From positions 32,001 through 96,000 of IMG/VR virus record IMGVR_UViG_3300046787_000316: 64,000 nucleotides of DNA; one strand, written 5' to 3'. The notes beneath the pieces were generated by a model. That model saw nothing but the letters and a program-made list of their open reading frames with translations, was not told the DNA's origin and did no database searches. The position numbers were made by a program, and so were the translations under genes. Shown one piece after another: positions 9,312 through 19,215 of this stretch (within the stretch, counting starts at the first letter, position 1; each line of letters opens with the position of its first letter). This stretch comes from a virus.

Positions 9312-11552
9312 TTAGAATGAACCACCATCTATTACATTACTCATTACGAAATCAGTTCCATCCCATTGTGCAATATCACCAACATTAGTAGGTGCTACTA
9401 CAAATTCAATGTTACCAACTGCGCTTCTAAATGCTAAACGTTTTGATGAACCTGCTCCCGGTATATTAATAGAACCCGTTACATTCGCTGCTACTGCTAC
9501 GCTTGAACTGAATTCATTTGTTGTACCATTATATTTAAAACTTGCAGTAGTACCTGCCACTTCAAATCCAGCACCATCTGCCGTTGCATTATTTGTAGAA
9601 CCACTTGCTAAAGTAATTAACTTATCTTCAACAACTAAGTTATTAGTATTTAATGTTACAGTGTTACCCTGAACTACTAAGTCACCACCTACGATTACAT
9701 CACCTGCCGTTGTTACTTTATTGAAGGTTACATCATTAGTTGTACCTAAACCTTGTATTGTACCAGTACCTTCCAATGTAGTTAATCTACTATCAGCGTT
9801 TGATGCCGATGCTATTAACGAACCACTCACTACACCGATTTCAGTAAACTTAGTTATAGCAGATGCTGTAAATGCGTTTAATGCGGTTGTAGAAGTATTT
9901 GATGAAGTGTATGCGTTTAATGCTGCTATTGATATACTTGCAGCTGATGCTGAACTTATCAATGAACCACTCACTACACCAATTTCGGTAAATTTAGTAT
10001 TAGCCGAAGATGTGAAAGAGTTTAAATTAGAAATACTTACATCTTGTGAATCATTTGTAATCTTTGCAGCAGATGCTGAAGCGATTAATGAACCACTAAC
10101 AACTCCAATTTCAGTAAACTTAGTATCAACTGAACCTGTATAAGTTGCTAATGTAGAATTTTTAGATTCTTGTGAAGATGTGAAGGAGTTTAAGTTTGTG
10201 ATAGAAACTCCAACGCCAGAACCAACGTTTGCAACAACTGCTGCGATTGAGGCTGAAATCGAACCACTAAAATCTGTATATCCAGTTGTATCTGAAATTA
10301 CGATTTGTGATGAACCACTAACTACACCATTCGTTGCTGCGATTGAACCTACAAATGTAGTCGCAGTTACCGAACCTGTTATGATTAAGTTACCACCAAC
10401 TGAAATTGTTGCGTTATCAGTTGATTGCTCAATAATCGAATCACTAATATGGTCATCGCTTGTAGCTAATGTAATTTTTCCTCTTGTCAATCCTGCTTCA
10501 TTACCCAATGAGCCACTATTTTCAGGCCCAGCAATTAATCTAGCAGAATTATATGTTTCACCTGAACCGGATGGGTGTTGGTACAACCAATGGTTGTTTA
10601 ACGAATCCCAAAATAATGAGCCAGATGCTCCTGCTCCCGAACCCGAATCTGCTACCGAAATACCACCAAATCTAACGGCAGGTGTTGCTGTATTTAATAC
10701 AATTGTATTTTGCCCAATATCTAAAGCCGATGCGGTTACATTGAATAACGATGATGAACCATAAACAATTAAGTCGTTTGTGATATACATCGAACCGGTA
10801 ATAACTTGATTACCTTGAAATGTATTTGAACCAGTAGTTGCGTATGTTAATCCAACTGCTTCTAAATCTGCGATAGCAGTTGCTGCAGCTGATGCCGATG
10901 AGATTAAGCTTCCACTAACAACACCAATTTCAGTCATTTTTGTATTAACCGAAGAACTGAATGTGTTTAAGTTTGCTATCGAAATATCTTGTGAATCATT
11001 TGTAGTTTTTGCAGCTGATGCTGAACTTATCAATGAACCACTAACAACTCCAATTTCTGTGAATTTTGTATCAACTGAACCAGTGTAAGTTGCTAATGTA
11101 GAATTCTTAGATTCCTGCGAAGATGTAAATGAATTTAATAATGTTACAGAGTTACCAATAGAACCACCGCCAATAGAAGCACTTAATGCGTTTATCGAAG
11201 TTGCTACCGATGAACTGAAATTACTAATGTTACCTTCCAAGTTAATGGCGTCATTTCCACCACTTCCAAGTAAGTATAAGGTTGCACTACCACTTGCGTA
11301 GTAAGGAACACCTTTAACCATTCCGTTATAAGTTCCTGCTGAAAATGTATTCGGTGCAGAATCTCCTATTAAAAATCGGTTAGTAGCTTGTACTTGACCA
11401 TTTTCAGGAACAGCAAATACTAAAGATGACCCATTGGTTACCGTTAGATTTGATGAACCAGATGCGATTACTATCTCACCTTTTTGTAAGGATGAGGTTA
11501 CCGCCGATAGGGATTCTAAACTACCCCTTCTGTGTTTAATTATTTGTGCCAT
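9312..11552 (-). CDS. Tail fibre protein with internal repeats
   Basis: MAQIIKHRRG...LQKGEI start; repeated (F/M)TEIGVVSGSLI(S/A)SASA; ends IDGGSF; shares a module with 2167..5079. Confidence 0.75.
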   Translation of the reverse strand: MAQIIKHRRGSLESLSAVTSSLQKGEIVIASGSSNLTVTNGSSLVFAVPENGQVQATNRFLIGDSAPNTFSAGTYNGMVKGVPYYASGSATLYLLGSGGNDAINLEGNISNFSSSVATSINALSASIGGGSIGNSVTLLNSFTSSQESKNSTLATYTGSVDTKFTEIGVVSGSLISSASAAKTTNDSQDISIANLNTFSSSVNTKMTEIGVVSGSLISSASAAATAIADLEAVGLTYATTGSNTFQGNQVITGSMYITNDLIVYGSSSLFNVTASALDIGQNTIVLNTATPAVRFGGISVADSGSGAGASGSLFWDSLNNHWLYQHPSGSGETYNSARLIAGPENSGSLGNEAGLTRGKITLATSDDHISDSIIEQSTDNATISVGGNLIITGSVTATTFVGSIAATNGVVSGSSQIVISDTTGYTDFSGSISASIAAVVANVGSGVGVSITNLNSFTSSQESKNSTLATYTGSVDTKFTEIGVVSGSLIASASAAKITNDSQDVSISNLNSFTSSANTKFTEIGVVSGSLISSASAASISIAALNAYTSSNTSTTALNAFTASAITKFTEIGVVSGSLIASASNADSRLTTLEGTGTIQGLGTTNDVTFNKVTTAGDVIVGGDLVVQGNTVTLNTNNLVVEDKLITLASGSTNNATADGAGFEVAGTTASFKYNGTTNEFSSSVAVAANVTGSINIPGAGSSKRLAFRSAVGNIEFVVAPTNVGDIAQWDGTDFVMSNVIDGGSF

Positions 11553-11635
11553 GTTTTGGATTTAGTTATTCTCTTTAGTTAATAAATATCAATTTTTGAA
11601 TCAATCGTATTATATATTACAATTATATTATTAGT

Positions 11636-11920
11636 TTACCACTCACCCTGGTCAATTATTTGAGAAGATGTAGTTTGTAATTCATAATCCGTTGCAAATG
11701 TGTCTCCCAATGAAGCAGTATATTCGTTGAAAGATGCCGTAGTTTGAAATCCAAATTCAATGATTTGGGTTGAACCCGAAACCAACCCGTCCGGCAATAG
11801 TCCAACCACTTCGGTTGTAATAATATTTACTACCGATTGTGAGAAATCTGAGCCGATATCAGCTGATGATTGTAGTGCCGAGCCACTTTCTATTTGTTTT
11901 AATCGTATTAGGTTTGCCAT
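11636..11920 (-). CDS. Small fibre-associated hypothetical protein
   Basis: 94-aa ORF in the operon; ends IDQGEW, similar to the DGGxF ends of neighbours. Confidence 0.6.
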   Translation of the reverse strand: MANLIRLKQIESGSALQSSADIGSDFSQSVVNIITTEVVGLLPDGLVSGSTQIIEFGFQTTASFNEYTASLGDTFATDYELQTTSSQIIDQGEW

Positions 11921-11924
11921 TATG

Positions 11925-11932
11925 TATAAATA
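11925..11932 (-). promoter_or_regulatory. TATTTATA upstream motif
   Basis: 4 nt before ATG 11920. Confidence 0.45.
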
Positions 11933-11935
11933 TCG

Positions 11936-14900
11936 TTAAAATAATCTTTCTATTGAAATAAAGTTATTGAGGTATGATGCACCTATCATTAGTGAAACAC
12001 GATAAACTCTATTATTTGTTTTATCTACTATTTGATATTGAGAACCATCACCTTCCGTTGGGAAATGCCAATTATATAAAGAATTTGATGCTGTTGTTGT
12101 ATATGTACCATTATTAGCAGTACCACCACCTGTCCCACCATTAACAGTATATTGACCACTAATATTAGCAGTATATGATGTTGATACCGCACCTAAACTT
12201 AATCCTCTATTACCAGATGTTGTGACTGTACATTTAATATTATCTAAACTTACAAAAGTTCCTGCATCTACGAATCCACTTGTTTTCCAGATTAACTCAC
12301 CATTAGCGTTACTTGGTGCTTTACTCAAATCAATATTTACACCTCTTGCAGTACCACCACTTTCTAAAATTCTAAATAAATTTCTATATACATCAACGAT
12401 TACACTACCTGTTAGTGATTGATTTGTTTCCGCTAAACCTAAACGAAGTTCACCACCCTCATCTCCACCATTTGTACCAATTGTTACTACATTATTAAAT
12501 GTGTTTGTTCCGGTAAATGTATTGTTTGTAGATGGCAAGTTTGTATTTGTTTTTAATTCTACTGCCGTTAAAACGGGACCAGAGGCCTCGCCAAAATCAA
12601 AAACACCGGATATTCCACTAACAGTTCTCATACTATATGAATAAGTTCCTGCTGGTGGGGTGTCTATTACATTTACACAATATGGAACATTTAGGTTTGA
12701 ACTATTTTCAACCTGAACAATACCACCAATTGCATTTTCATTTCTGTAAATTTGTAATCTAGTCCAAGATGTAACATTTACCGGGTTTGCATCTCCGGTC
12801 ACCATAATTTGAACGGGATTACCTGTCGTAGTAATACTTCCACTTATTATTGATACGCCGGTTGATGTAATGTTAGTTCTCCTATTTCCTAATACTTGCA
12901 CATAGTTTACACTTCCGGTTATGATTGATACTTCCAATGTATCCAATCTGCTATCTACCGAAGAACTTAATGTATTGAATGAACCAGTCTGAACATATCT
13001 ACCATCAAATGAACTTGTCAAAAATGAACCCGTAGTCATTGTAATCGGTTGGTTGTTACTACCACCTACCCACACATATCCACTTCGTAAATTTGGTAAA
13101 TCATGCACGCCCTCGGTTCTCACAATGCCCATACCATTGTTACCCTGTCTTGTCACAACACCCAATGATTGTATTGGAGTTGTTGAACCCGTTGGACGAG
13201 TTGCAGTCCATCCACCACCTACTCCTACATAAACTTCCGTTCCCGGTGGATATGAGGTCGTATCTACTCCTTGAATATGTCCTAATATAATAGCTTTACC
13301 AACTGCGTTTGCTGCCAATGTGGAATCACCTGCAATAAGTGTTGCTGGCATTCTTAGCGGATTTCCAGCATCTGCAATATAAACATCTGCATTATCACCC
13401 GTTGAACCACTAACGAATAAAGGTGTTCCCAATAATATAGAAGAGGTTTCTTTATTTCTAATATTTTGATAAAGTGTTTTTACATATTGAAGTGTCAGAT
13501 TACCTACACCATCACTTTGCATAAATGAATATACACCATTATCAGAAGTTGGATAGTGCAATCCATCCACTTTTAATGTACTTGCTGTAAGTTCTCCTAT
13601 AATTTGCGCATTACCTACTACATTCAAAGAACCACTAACCATAACACTTCCTGTCAATTGAGTATTACCTGTCATTGTGTTGTTACCAATCATTATGGTA
13701 GAACCACTAACATTTAATGAACCCGTTGTGATTGTATTACCAATCATTACAGTATCACCGGTTCTAAATGCTGAACCAATATGAGTAAAACTTCCACTTA
13801 AATATTGGAATGAACCAGTTGTTGCAATAAACGATGCATCTCCAACTAATCTCATACCACCTGCTGAAACTAAAATGTTTCCGCCGATGTTTGTTAAAGT
13901 TGTGTTTGGGGCACCTAGTGTATCCGATGCTATGTTGATTGAACCAGATGATACGAATATTTCACTAAAAGGTCTTTCGAATGTTCCTAATGTTGCTCCT
14001 CTTGCTGTTTTTGGAACGATATTTCCACCTAATTCGGTTGCTCCACTTATGAATAGAGAACCTGTTATAGTTTCATCACCGGTGAATGTATTTGAACCCG
14101 TAGTTGCGTATGTTGTTGGAATAAATGCGGTTGTTTGTATTGTTGTATCTGGAAATACTAAACTACCACTTGCATCAAATTGTAAACTACTTGCCCCTAC
14201 TTCAATTGTGAATTCACCTGGAAGATTGTTTTCATTATCAATAGTTATTACATCGCCATTGGTGTATCCACTACCAGCGGTATTTATAGTAATTTGTTCA
14301 ATAGCAATATACCCACCACCTCCTGCTGCAACATCTACTGTCAAACCTGTACCCGTTCCACCTGTTGTAGATAGATTAGAATAGAAACCTTGATTCCACC
14401 CACCTTGTCCGTTCCAATCAGATACACCATTTGGAATGCCAGATGAAATATTTATCGTTAAAGGACCATTTATTGTTTGACTTCCGTTGAATGTGTTTGA
14501 GCCGGTTGTTGCTAATGAACCCGTATCTATTGTCTGCGATGAACTTATAAATCCAAATGCAGTTATTTGTTCCGAACCACTTATAATTCCATCGGGTATA
14601 GTTGGAATAGAGTTGATTATATTGATTAGATTATCAGTTATAGTATTTCCGGTACCATTGTTTACCATTTCGGTATCCCCAATTACACTACCCAAATATG
14701 AATCAGTAACAATTTGGTTTCCACTATTACTTGAGCCAATATAAACTGCACCATCTGCATTAAGAACTATATCACTATTGGTTGCCTGCAATGTTATAGC
14801 TCCGTTTGTAATTGTTTGTTCTGTAAATGTGAAATCTGCAATATCTACTGATTGTGAAACTATACCATCTGGTTTGTTTGCAATATTATCCCAAGTTGTT

Positions 14901-15340
14901 TGAGTAATACTCCCACTTAAAACGTATCTTTCATCGTATGAAGATGTCAATTGTGATGAACCACTTATTAAACCATTAAAAGATTGCTCATTTGTTGCTG
15001 CTAAAATTTCACTATGAACTGATGCTGAAAAATCATTAAATGAAGATGTTTGCAATCTTGCATTTATTCCGTTTGTAAATACGGAATTTAATGTATTTTG
15101 AGAAGCAGTAAATGAATTTAAAGAACTATCATTTGGAATCGATAATGAAGAACTAAATTGCTCCAATGAATTCAATCTATCCCTATCTATTATATTTACT
15201 CTAGCGGTTACCGCATCGGCTAATGTATCCAACTCAATTTTATAAGTTGTCCCATTATCTATACCAACTATCGTAGTATCAAGTGATGCGGATGTTAATG
15301 CCGTTAATTCGGATATACGTTTTCCTCTATTTGTTGCCAT
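11936..15340 (-). CDS. Long mosaic tail fibre / receptor-binding protein
   Basis: KRISELT N-terminal motif common to phage fibre anchors; ATTGSNTF repeats; G/S/T-rich beta segments. Confidence 0.7.
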   Translation of the reverse strand: MATNRGKRISELTALTSASLDTTIVGIDNGTTYKIELDTLADAVTARVNIIDRDRLNSLEQFSSSLSIPNDSSLNSFTASQNTLNSVFTNGINARLQTSSFNDFSASVHSEILAATNEQSFNGLISGSSQLTSSYDERYVLSGSITQTTWDNIANKPDGIVSQSVDIADFTFTEQTITNGAITLQATNSDIVLNADGAVYIGSSNSGNQIVTDSYLGSVIGDTEMVNNGTGNTITDNLINIINSIPTIPDGIISGSEQITAFGFISSSQTIDTGSLATTGSNTFNGSQTINGPLTINISSGIPNGVSDWNGQGGWNQGFYSNLSTTGGTGTGLTVDVAAGGGGYIAIEQITINTAGSGYTNGDVITIDNENNLPGEFTIEVGASSLQFDASGSLVFPDTTIQTTAFIPTTYATTGSNTFTGDETITGSLFISGATELGGNIVPKTARGATLGTFERPFSEIFVSSGSINIASDTLGAPNTTLTNIGGNILVSAGGMRLVGDASFIATTGSFQYLSGSFTHIGSAFRTGDTVMIGNTITTGSLNVSGSTIMIGNNTMTGNTQLTGSVMVSGSLNVVGNAQIIGELTASTLKVDGLHYPTSDNGVYSFMQSDGVGNLTLQYVKTLYQNIRNKETSSILLGTPLFVSGSTGDNADVYIADAGNPLRMPATLIAGDSTLAANAVGKAIILGHIQGVDTTSYPPGTEVYVGVGGGWTATRPTGSTTPIQSLGVVTRQGNNGMGIVRTEGVHDLPNLRSGYVWVGGSNNQPITMTTGSFLTSSFDGRYVQTGSFNTLSSSVDSRLDTLEVSIITGSVNYVQVLGNRRTNITSTGVSIISGSITTTGNPVQIMVTGDANPVNVTSWTRLQIYRNENAIGGIVQVENSSNLNVPYCVNVIDTPPAGTYSYSMRTVSGISGVFDFGEASGPVLTAVELKTNTNLPSTNNTFTGTNTFNNVVTIGTNGGDEGGELRLGLAETNQSLTGSVIVDVYRNLFRILESGGTARGVNIDLSKAPSNANGELIWKTSGFVDAGTFVSLDNIKCTVTTSGNRGLSLGAVSTSYTANISGQYTVNGGTGGGTANNGTYTTTASNSLYNWHFPTEGDGSQYQIVDKTNNRVYRVSLMIGASYLNNFISIERLF

Positions 15341-15341
15341 T

Positions 15342-16013
15342 TTATATTATTATATTTTCATCGTTTTCGGTTAAAATATCGAAATAATCTTCGGTATCCA
15401 ATATTATATCTATGAATTTACCAAATACTTCAATATCATTTGTAGTTACTGAACCATAATCTATGAAATCATCAAAGAATGTAATCACCACATTATATCC
15501 CACTTCTTTTATAGTATAATTTCCAGGTAAATGCAATCCGTTAACTAATATTTCGAAATTTTCAGAAGATGCCCCCTCCGTTCCATAATCTAATGCTACA
15601 TTGTATATAGTCAATGTGTTATCCACATCATTGAGTTCATCAATTTGTCTTGATGTATATCTCGCACTATATTGCAATATTTCAGTATGGAAATCATTTA
15701 TAGTTATTTTATTATTTACAATCTTAGTTGGATTTGGATTCTCCCTTACTTGCGATTGATATGAACTTGTTACCGGCATTTGAATACTTTCCAAACTAGC
15801 CGTAGTATATAACGAATTATTTAAGTTATTAACATTTACAATCTTAACTCCAAATGGATGTTTTCTAACATTAGATTGAAATGTTTTCGCAGATGGTATT
15901 TCAATATTTTCCAAGCTACCCGTTAAATACAAACTATCGTTTAAATTATTAACGTTAATTTTAGAAATTATTCTATTTAATTTTCTCGTATTTGATGAAA
16001 ATTGATTACGCAT
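15342..16013 (-). CDS. Virion hypothetical protein with ~40-aa internal duplication
   Basis: KINVNNLNDSLYLTGSLENIEIP / KIVNVNNLNNSLYTTASLESIQMP; C-terminal ILDTEDYFDILTEND. Confidence 0.6.
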   Translation of the reverse strand: MRNQFSSNTRKLNRIISKINVNNLNDSLYLTGSLENIEIPSAKTFQSNVRKHPFGVKIVNVNNLNNSLYTTASLESIQMPVTSSYQSQVRENPNPTKIVNNKITINDFHTEILQYSARYTSRQIDELNDVDNTLTIYNVALDYGTEGASSENFEILVNGLHLPGNYTIKEVGYNVVITFFDDFIDYGSVTTNDIEVFGKFIDIILDTEDYFDILTENDENIII

Positions 16014-16335
16014 ATTGCTCTATATCACCTTTTATTTCTATATAATCAATCGTATCTAATTCGTATTCAAATTGATTTTTTATAAATTTAATTATTAATC
16101 CACTTGAACCCGATTCTACGATATAATCGTTTGCACTAATTGATTGTGTATTTATCCTAATATCCAACCTATCTTGCGAAGTTCGGATTTCCACTTCCCG
16201 TAATATACTTACAAATCTAAATCCCTTAGCTTGCCAAATCGAATAAACATCATTACTTAAGTCCAATGGAGTTAATATAGTGGAAACTACCTTTCTACTA
16301 ATCTTTTGTGTTATATCTAATAATGTGCGTTTCAT
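16006..16335 (-). CDS. Virion hypothetical protein (beta module shared with both neighbours)
   Basis: Translationally coupled ORF; LDIRINTQ...YIEIKGDI resembles the C-termini of 15342 and 16335 products. Confidence 0.55.
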   Translation of the reverse strand: MKRTLLDITQKISRKVVSTILTPLDLSNDVYSIWQAKGFRFVSILREVEIRTSQDRLDIRINTQSISANDYIVESGSSGLIIKFIKNQFEYELDTIDYIEIKGDIEQYA

Positions 16336-17453
16336 TATACAATATCAATGAATTTTCCTGATATTGCCACTTCATCGGTTGGAGTTACATTAAATCCAAT
16401 ATTACCTACTATAAAATTTATAGTTAAAGTGGTCGCGGTAACCGATACGTTGAAATCGGTTTGATAATACCTAACACCATTTATATAAACCTTTAAATCG
16501 TATGAGTTTGGTCCAATTGTAATCCCAGCCGTTACCACACTTGCTAATTGTTGAGGCGCTTTTATTAGCTTTATATCAGTAAATGTAATTGTATCGTTTG
16601 TAATTGGTTTTTGAGATTTACTATTATTTAATGCAAGAAAATCTACTAAATCCTTATTATCATAATACGCAGATGGAGTTGTTAATAATCCTTCCAATCT
16701 ACCATTTCCGCTTGTTACATCGGTTTCAGTTGAAACAAATACTTTCTTAGTGCTAAATGATTTTTTAGTAGTTTCTTCGCCATCCCATTTTTCTGGCAAT
16801 AGATATGCTTTTACATTTAATGTAAATTCAATCCTATTAATCCTTTCAGTTCCCTCACCTACTTCGTTTATAACATTGTAATCTGCTATTTGAGTTCTGA
16901 ATTTATACCTATCTTTATCTCCCCAATAATCAGTAGTATATGATAGGTGTTCGATTACTTTATTCAAATGTTCTGTGAATGAAGTCCAAACCATACAATC
17001 ATAATTTATATCTACATATTGAGGCATAGTTATATTGTATAATTCATACGATGGTTTTGTTCCATTTAAAATAGTAAATCTATCGTATCTATTATTTTTA
17101 TTAAATTTACTAATAGTTGCGTATGAAACGTGATTATTGAACATCGGCATCGATTCATCATTTGCAATTGATGTTCTACGAAGCATCATTATTGGTAACT
17201 GAATCTTTCCTTTTATATCTCTGTAAATTCCCTCTCTTCTTGCACCATTCCATCTTTCGGAGTTACCATATACAACAGGTATCTTTACAATGTTACCATC
17301 ACCATCTTCCAGAGTCGGTAGAGCAACATCTTCCAAATATGACATCATAGCATAGTCTATATCAAACAGCGAAATACCATGCTTTAAATCACCTTTTTCG
17401 GACTTTATCTGATTTGCTCTATTTAGAGCCGGTCTAATTGGATTTTTTGCCAT
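16335..17453 (-). CDS. gp15: Tail completion / sheath stabiliser (T4 gp15-like) with C-terminal extension
   Basis: KIPVVYGNSERW, QLPIMMLRRTSI, PQYVDINYDCMVWT, RIEFTLNVKAYL pattern; follows gp13/gp14-like genes. Confidence 0.6.
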   Translation of the reverse strand: MAKNPIRPALNRANQIKSEKGDLKHGISLFDIDYAMMSYLEDVALPTLEDGDGNIVKIPVVYGNSERWNGARREGIYRDIKGKIQLPIMMLRRTSIANDESMPMFNNHVSYATISKFNKNNRYDRFTILNGTKPSYELYNITMPQYVDINYDCMVWTSFTEHLNKVIEHLSYTTDYWGDKDRYKFRTQIADYNVINEVGEGTERINRIEFTLNVKAYLLPEKWDGEETTKKSFSTKKVFVSTETDVTSGNGRLEGLLTTPSAYYDNKDLVDFLALNNSKSQKPITNDTITFTDIKLIKAPQQLASVVTAGITIGPNSYDLKVYINGVRYYQTDFNVSVTATTLTINFIVGNIGFNVTPTDEVAISGKFIDIV

Positions 17454-17459
17454 TGTTTA

Positions 17460-17915
17460 TTATTTTACTCTTTGTTCAATATTCAAATCTGATTTTCTAG
17501 TCATAAATGCAGTACAAACAATACTCCAATTATTATTTGGCTGCCCACCTATAAATTGAACTTCGTTTGTATTATCTATTTCATAATAAGATTGGTCAAA
17601 TAAGATAACATCACCTATTTCAGGATATATTCCCTTTTCTTCACAAGTCAATTTATCGATTTTAAATGTAATTGTTTGAGAATTATCTGGACCAAATCCT
17701 TCATATACGACATTTTCAGGCTCTTTATCAATTAAGCAGAACATCTCTACTCCTTGATACCAAGTCTTATTGATTGCCTCACCATATATGTTAACTTTAC
17801 TTTCGTATATGTTAAGTTTAAATAATGTGATAGCAGTCTGAATTACATCATCTACCAATTCTCTGGCGATGGATTTGAAAAAATCTAAATCTCTTCCAAC
17901 TAAAAATTTTGGCAT
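17460..17915 (-). CDS. gp14: Neck / head closure protein (T4 gp14-like)
   Basis: NIYGEAINKTWY, YPEIGDVILF...YYEIDN; position after gp13-like gene. Confidence 0.65.
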   Translation of the reverse strand: MPKFLVGRDLDFFKSIARELVDDVIQTAITLFKLNIYESKVNIYGEAINKTWYQGVEMFCLIDKEPENVVYEGFGPDNSQTITFKIDKLTCEEKGIYPEIGDVILFDQSYYEIDNTNEVQFIGGQPNNNWSIVCTAFMTRKSDLNIEQRVK

Positions 17916-17916
17916 A

Positions 17917-19125
17917 TTATCCTACATATATTTTTAAAGGCACTTTTCTTAACATATCTTGATGATGGTCAGATTCGTGTGCCTGTTTTTCAAAAACATT
18001 CTTTCTACTCATCTCTTCCAAATTTTCTCGCAATTGAGTCATTAGTATATCTTTTTCAACTTGAGCTTCTGCTCTCAATGCTGCGCCATCCAATGATACT
18101 TCTCCATCTGGAATCGGAATTGAGTTATACTTTTCTCTAATTGCGCCCAATAATTCCTTTGTAAGTGCAAGTGTATATTTTCTAATCCATTGCTTACCAA
18201 CATCATTTATGTCGGAATACTGAATAAAGTTATATGGAATATCGGAGTAGTCCGAAAGTGAGTCGGCTTGAATGGTTTGAGAATCATGCTCAAACTCATC
18301 TCTACTCATATATTCAATGTAAACTCTACTAACAGTTCCAACTGTTGGTATAGGGAATATTTCTAATTTATTATCTACTATATTAAATGTATGTGCTGAT
18401 TTACGAATATGGTCATTAAATTCGATTTGTTGCATTCTCAATACATCTTCGTAAAGAGGCATCATTAAAAATTGTGCAGCCGGAGAAAAGTTCCCAAATC
18501 CCAACTCACTCATTAAATTTAAAGTTCCTTGTGCTCCTACCGAATATGGGTCGAAGAATCTCGCAATCGCAGGAGTTGCTTCGTGAAATACTCGTGTTAC
18601 ATCCACAGTTGAACCACTTGTAAATAAAGTTGAAAATGAAGAAGATGTTGTTGTATCAATAGCTTCAGTCATTATATCGTATTTCTGCTTTCCAGGAGTT
18701 AAATCGATATATGCCTTATTAATTGCAGTTGAACCCCCTACTCCCGCTTGCGTTCCATATTGCTGAGCCATACGAATAGCAGTTGGTAAAAATGAACCAT
18801 CTACAAGAGTTTGTGAATAATTTGCAACTCTACCTTTGGGTTGCCCTCTTAAAATATCTAAGTTATTTCTAAGATTAAATTGATTTACTTGTGCCGAATA
18901 TTCCGAAGTAGATTCTTCAAAGCATGCCCAAATTTGCGGATTATCCAATTCAATGTTTACAATGGGATATCCCAATCGTTTTGCTACCCAAACTGCTGTT
19001 TTTGGTGCATCACTTCTGAAATCTACATCCGAATCATATAATCCAAATGGAGTTGCTTCAGCTGATGCCGATGCTGATAAGAATGCTGCTGCGGTTGAAC
19101 CCGACCAATAAGTGTTTACCGACAT
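17917..19125 (-). CDS. gp13: Neck / head-tail adaptor (T4 gp13-like)
   Basis: RLGYPIVNIEL; WIRKYTLALTKELLGAIREKYNSIPIPDGEVSLDGAALRAEA. Confidence 0.75.
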   Translation of the reverse strand: MSVNTYWSGSTAAAFLSASASAEATPFGLYDSDVDFRSDAPKTAVWVAKRLGYPIVNIELDNPQIWACFEESTSEYSAQVNQFNLRNNLDILRGQPKGRVANYSQTLVDGSFLPTAIRMAQQYGTQAGVGGSTAINKAYIDLTPGKQKYDIMTEAIDTTTSSSFSTLFTSGSTVDVTRVFHEATPAIARFFDPYSVGAQGTLNLMSELGFGNFSPAAQFLMMPLYEDVLRMQQIEFNDHIRKSAHTFNIVDNKLEIFPIPTVGTVSRVYIEYMSRDEFEHDSQTIQADSLSDYSDIPYNFIQYSDINDVGKQWIRKYTLALTKELLGAIREKYNSIPIPDGEVSLDGAALRAEAQVEKDILMTQLRENLEEMSRKNVFEKQAHESDHHQDMLRKVPLKIYVG

Positions 19126-19146
19126 ATTTTTAGTGTTATTATTTAC

Positions 19147-19154
19147 TATAAATA
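19147..19154 (-). promoter_or_regulatory. TATTTATA upstream motif
   Basis: After the 19162 terminator, 21 nt before ATG 19125. Confidence 0.55.
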
Positions 19155-19161
19155 TAAGAAT

Positions 19162-19193
19162 AAAAAAAGAGATGATATTTCTACCATCTCTTT
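19162..19193 (-). terminator. Intrinsic terminator
   Basis: AAAGAGATG-10 nt-CATCTCTTT with T run on the minus strand after 19216..19584. Confidence 0.65.
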
Positions 19194-19215
19194 CTTAATT
19201 TAGATTATCTTAATA

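Noticed and set aside
2167-15340. Diversity-generating retroelement suggested by Mtd_N-like domains
   Set aside because: No reverse transcriptase and no template/variable repeat pair differing at adenines seen in the window; it cannot be excluded elsewhere in the genome.
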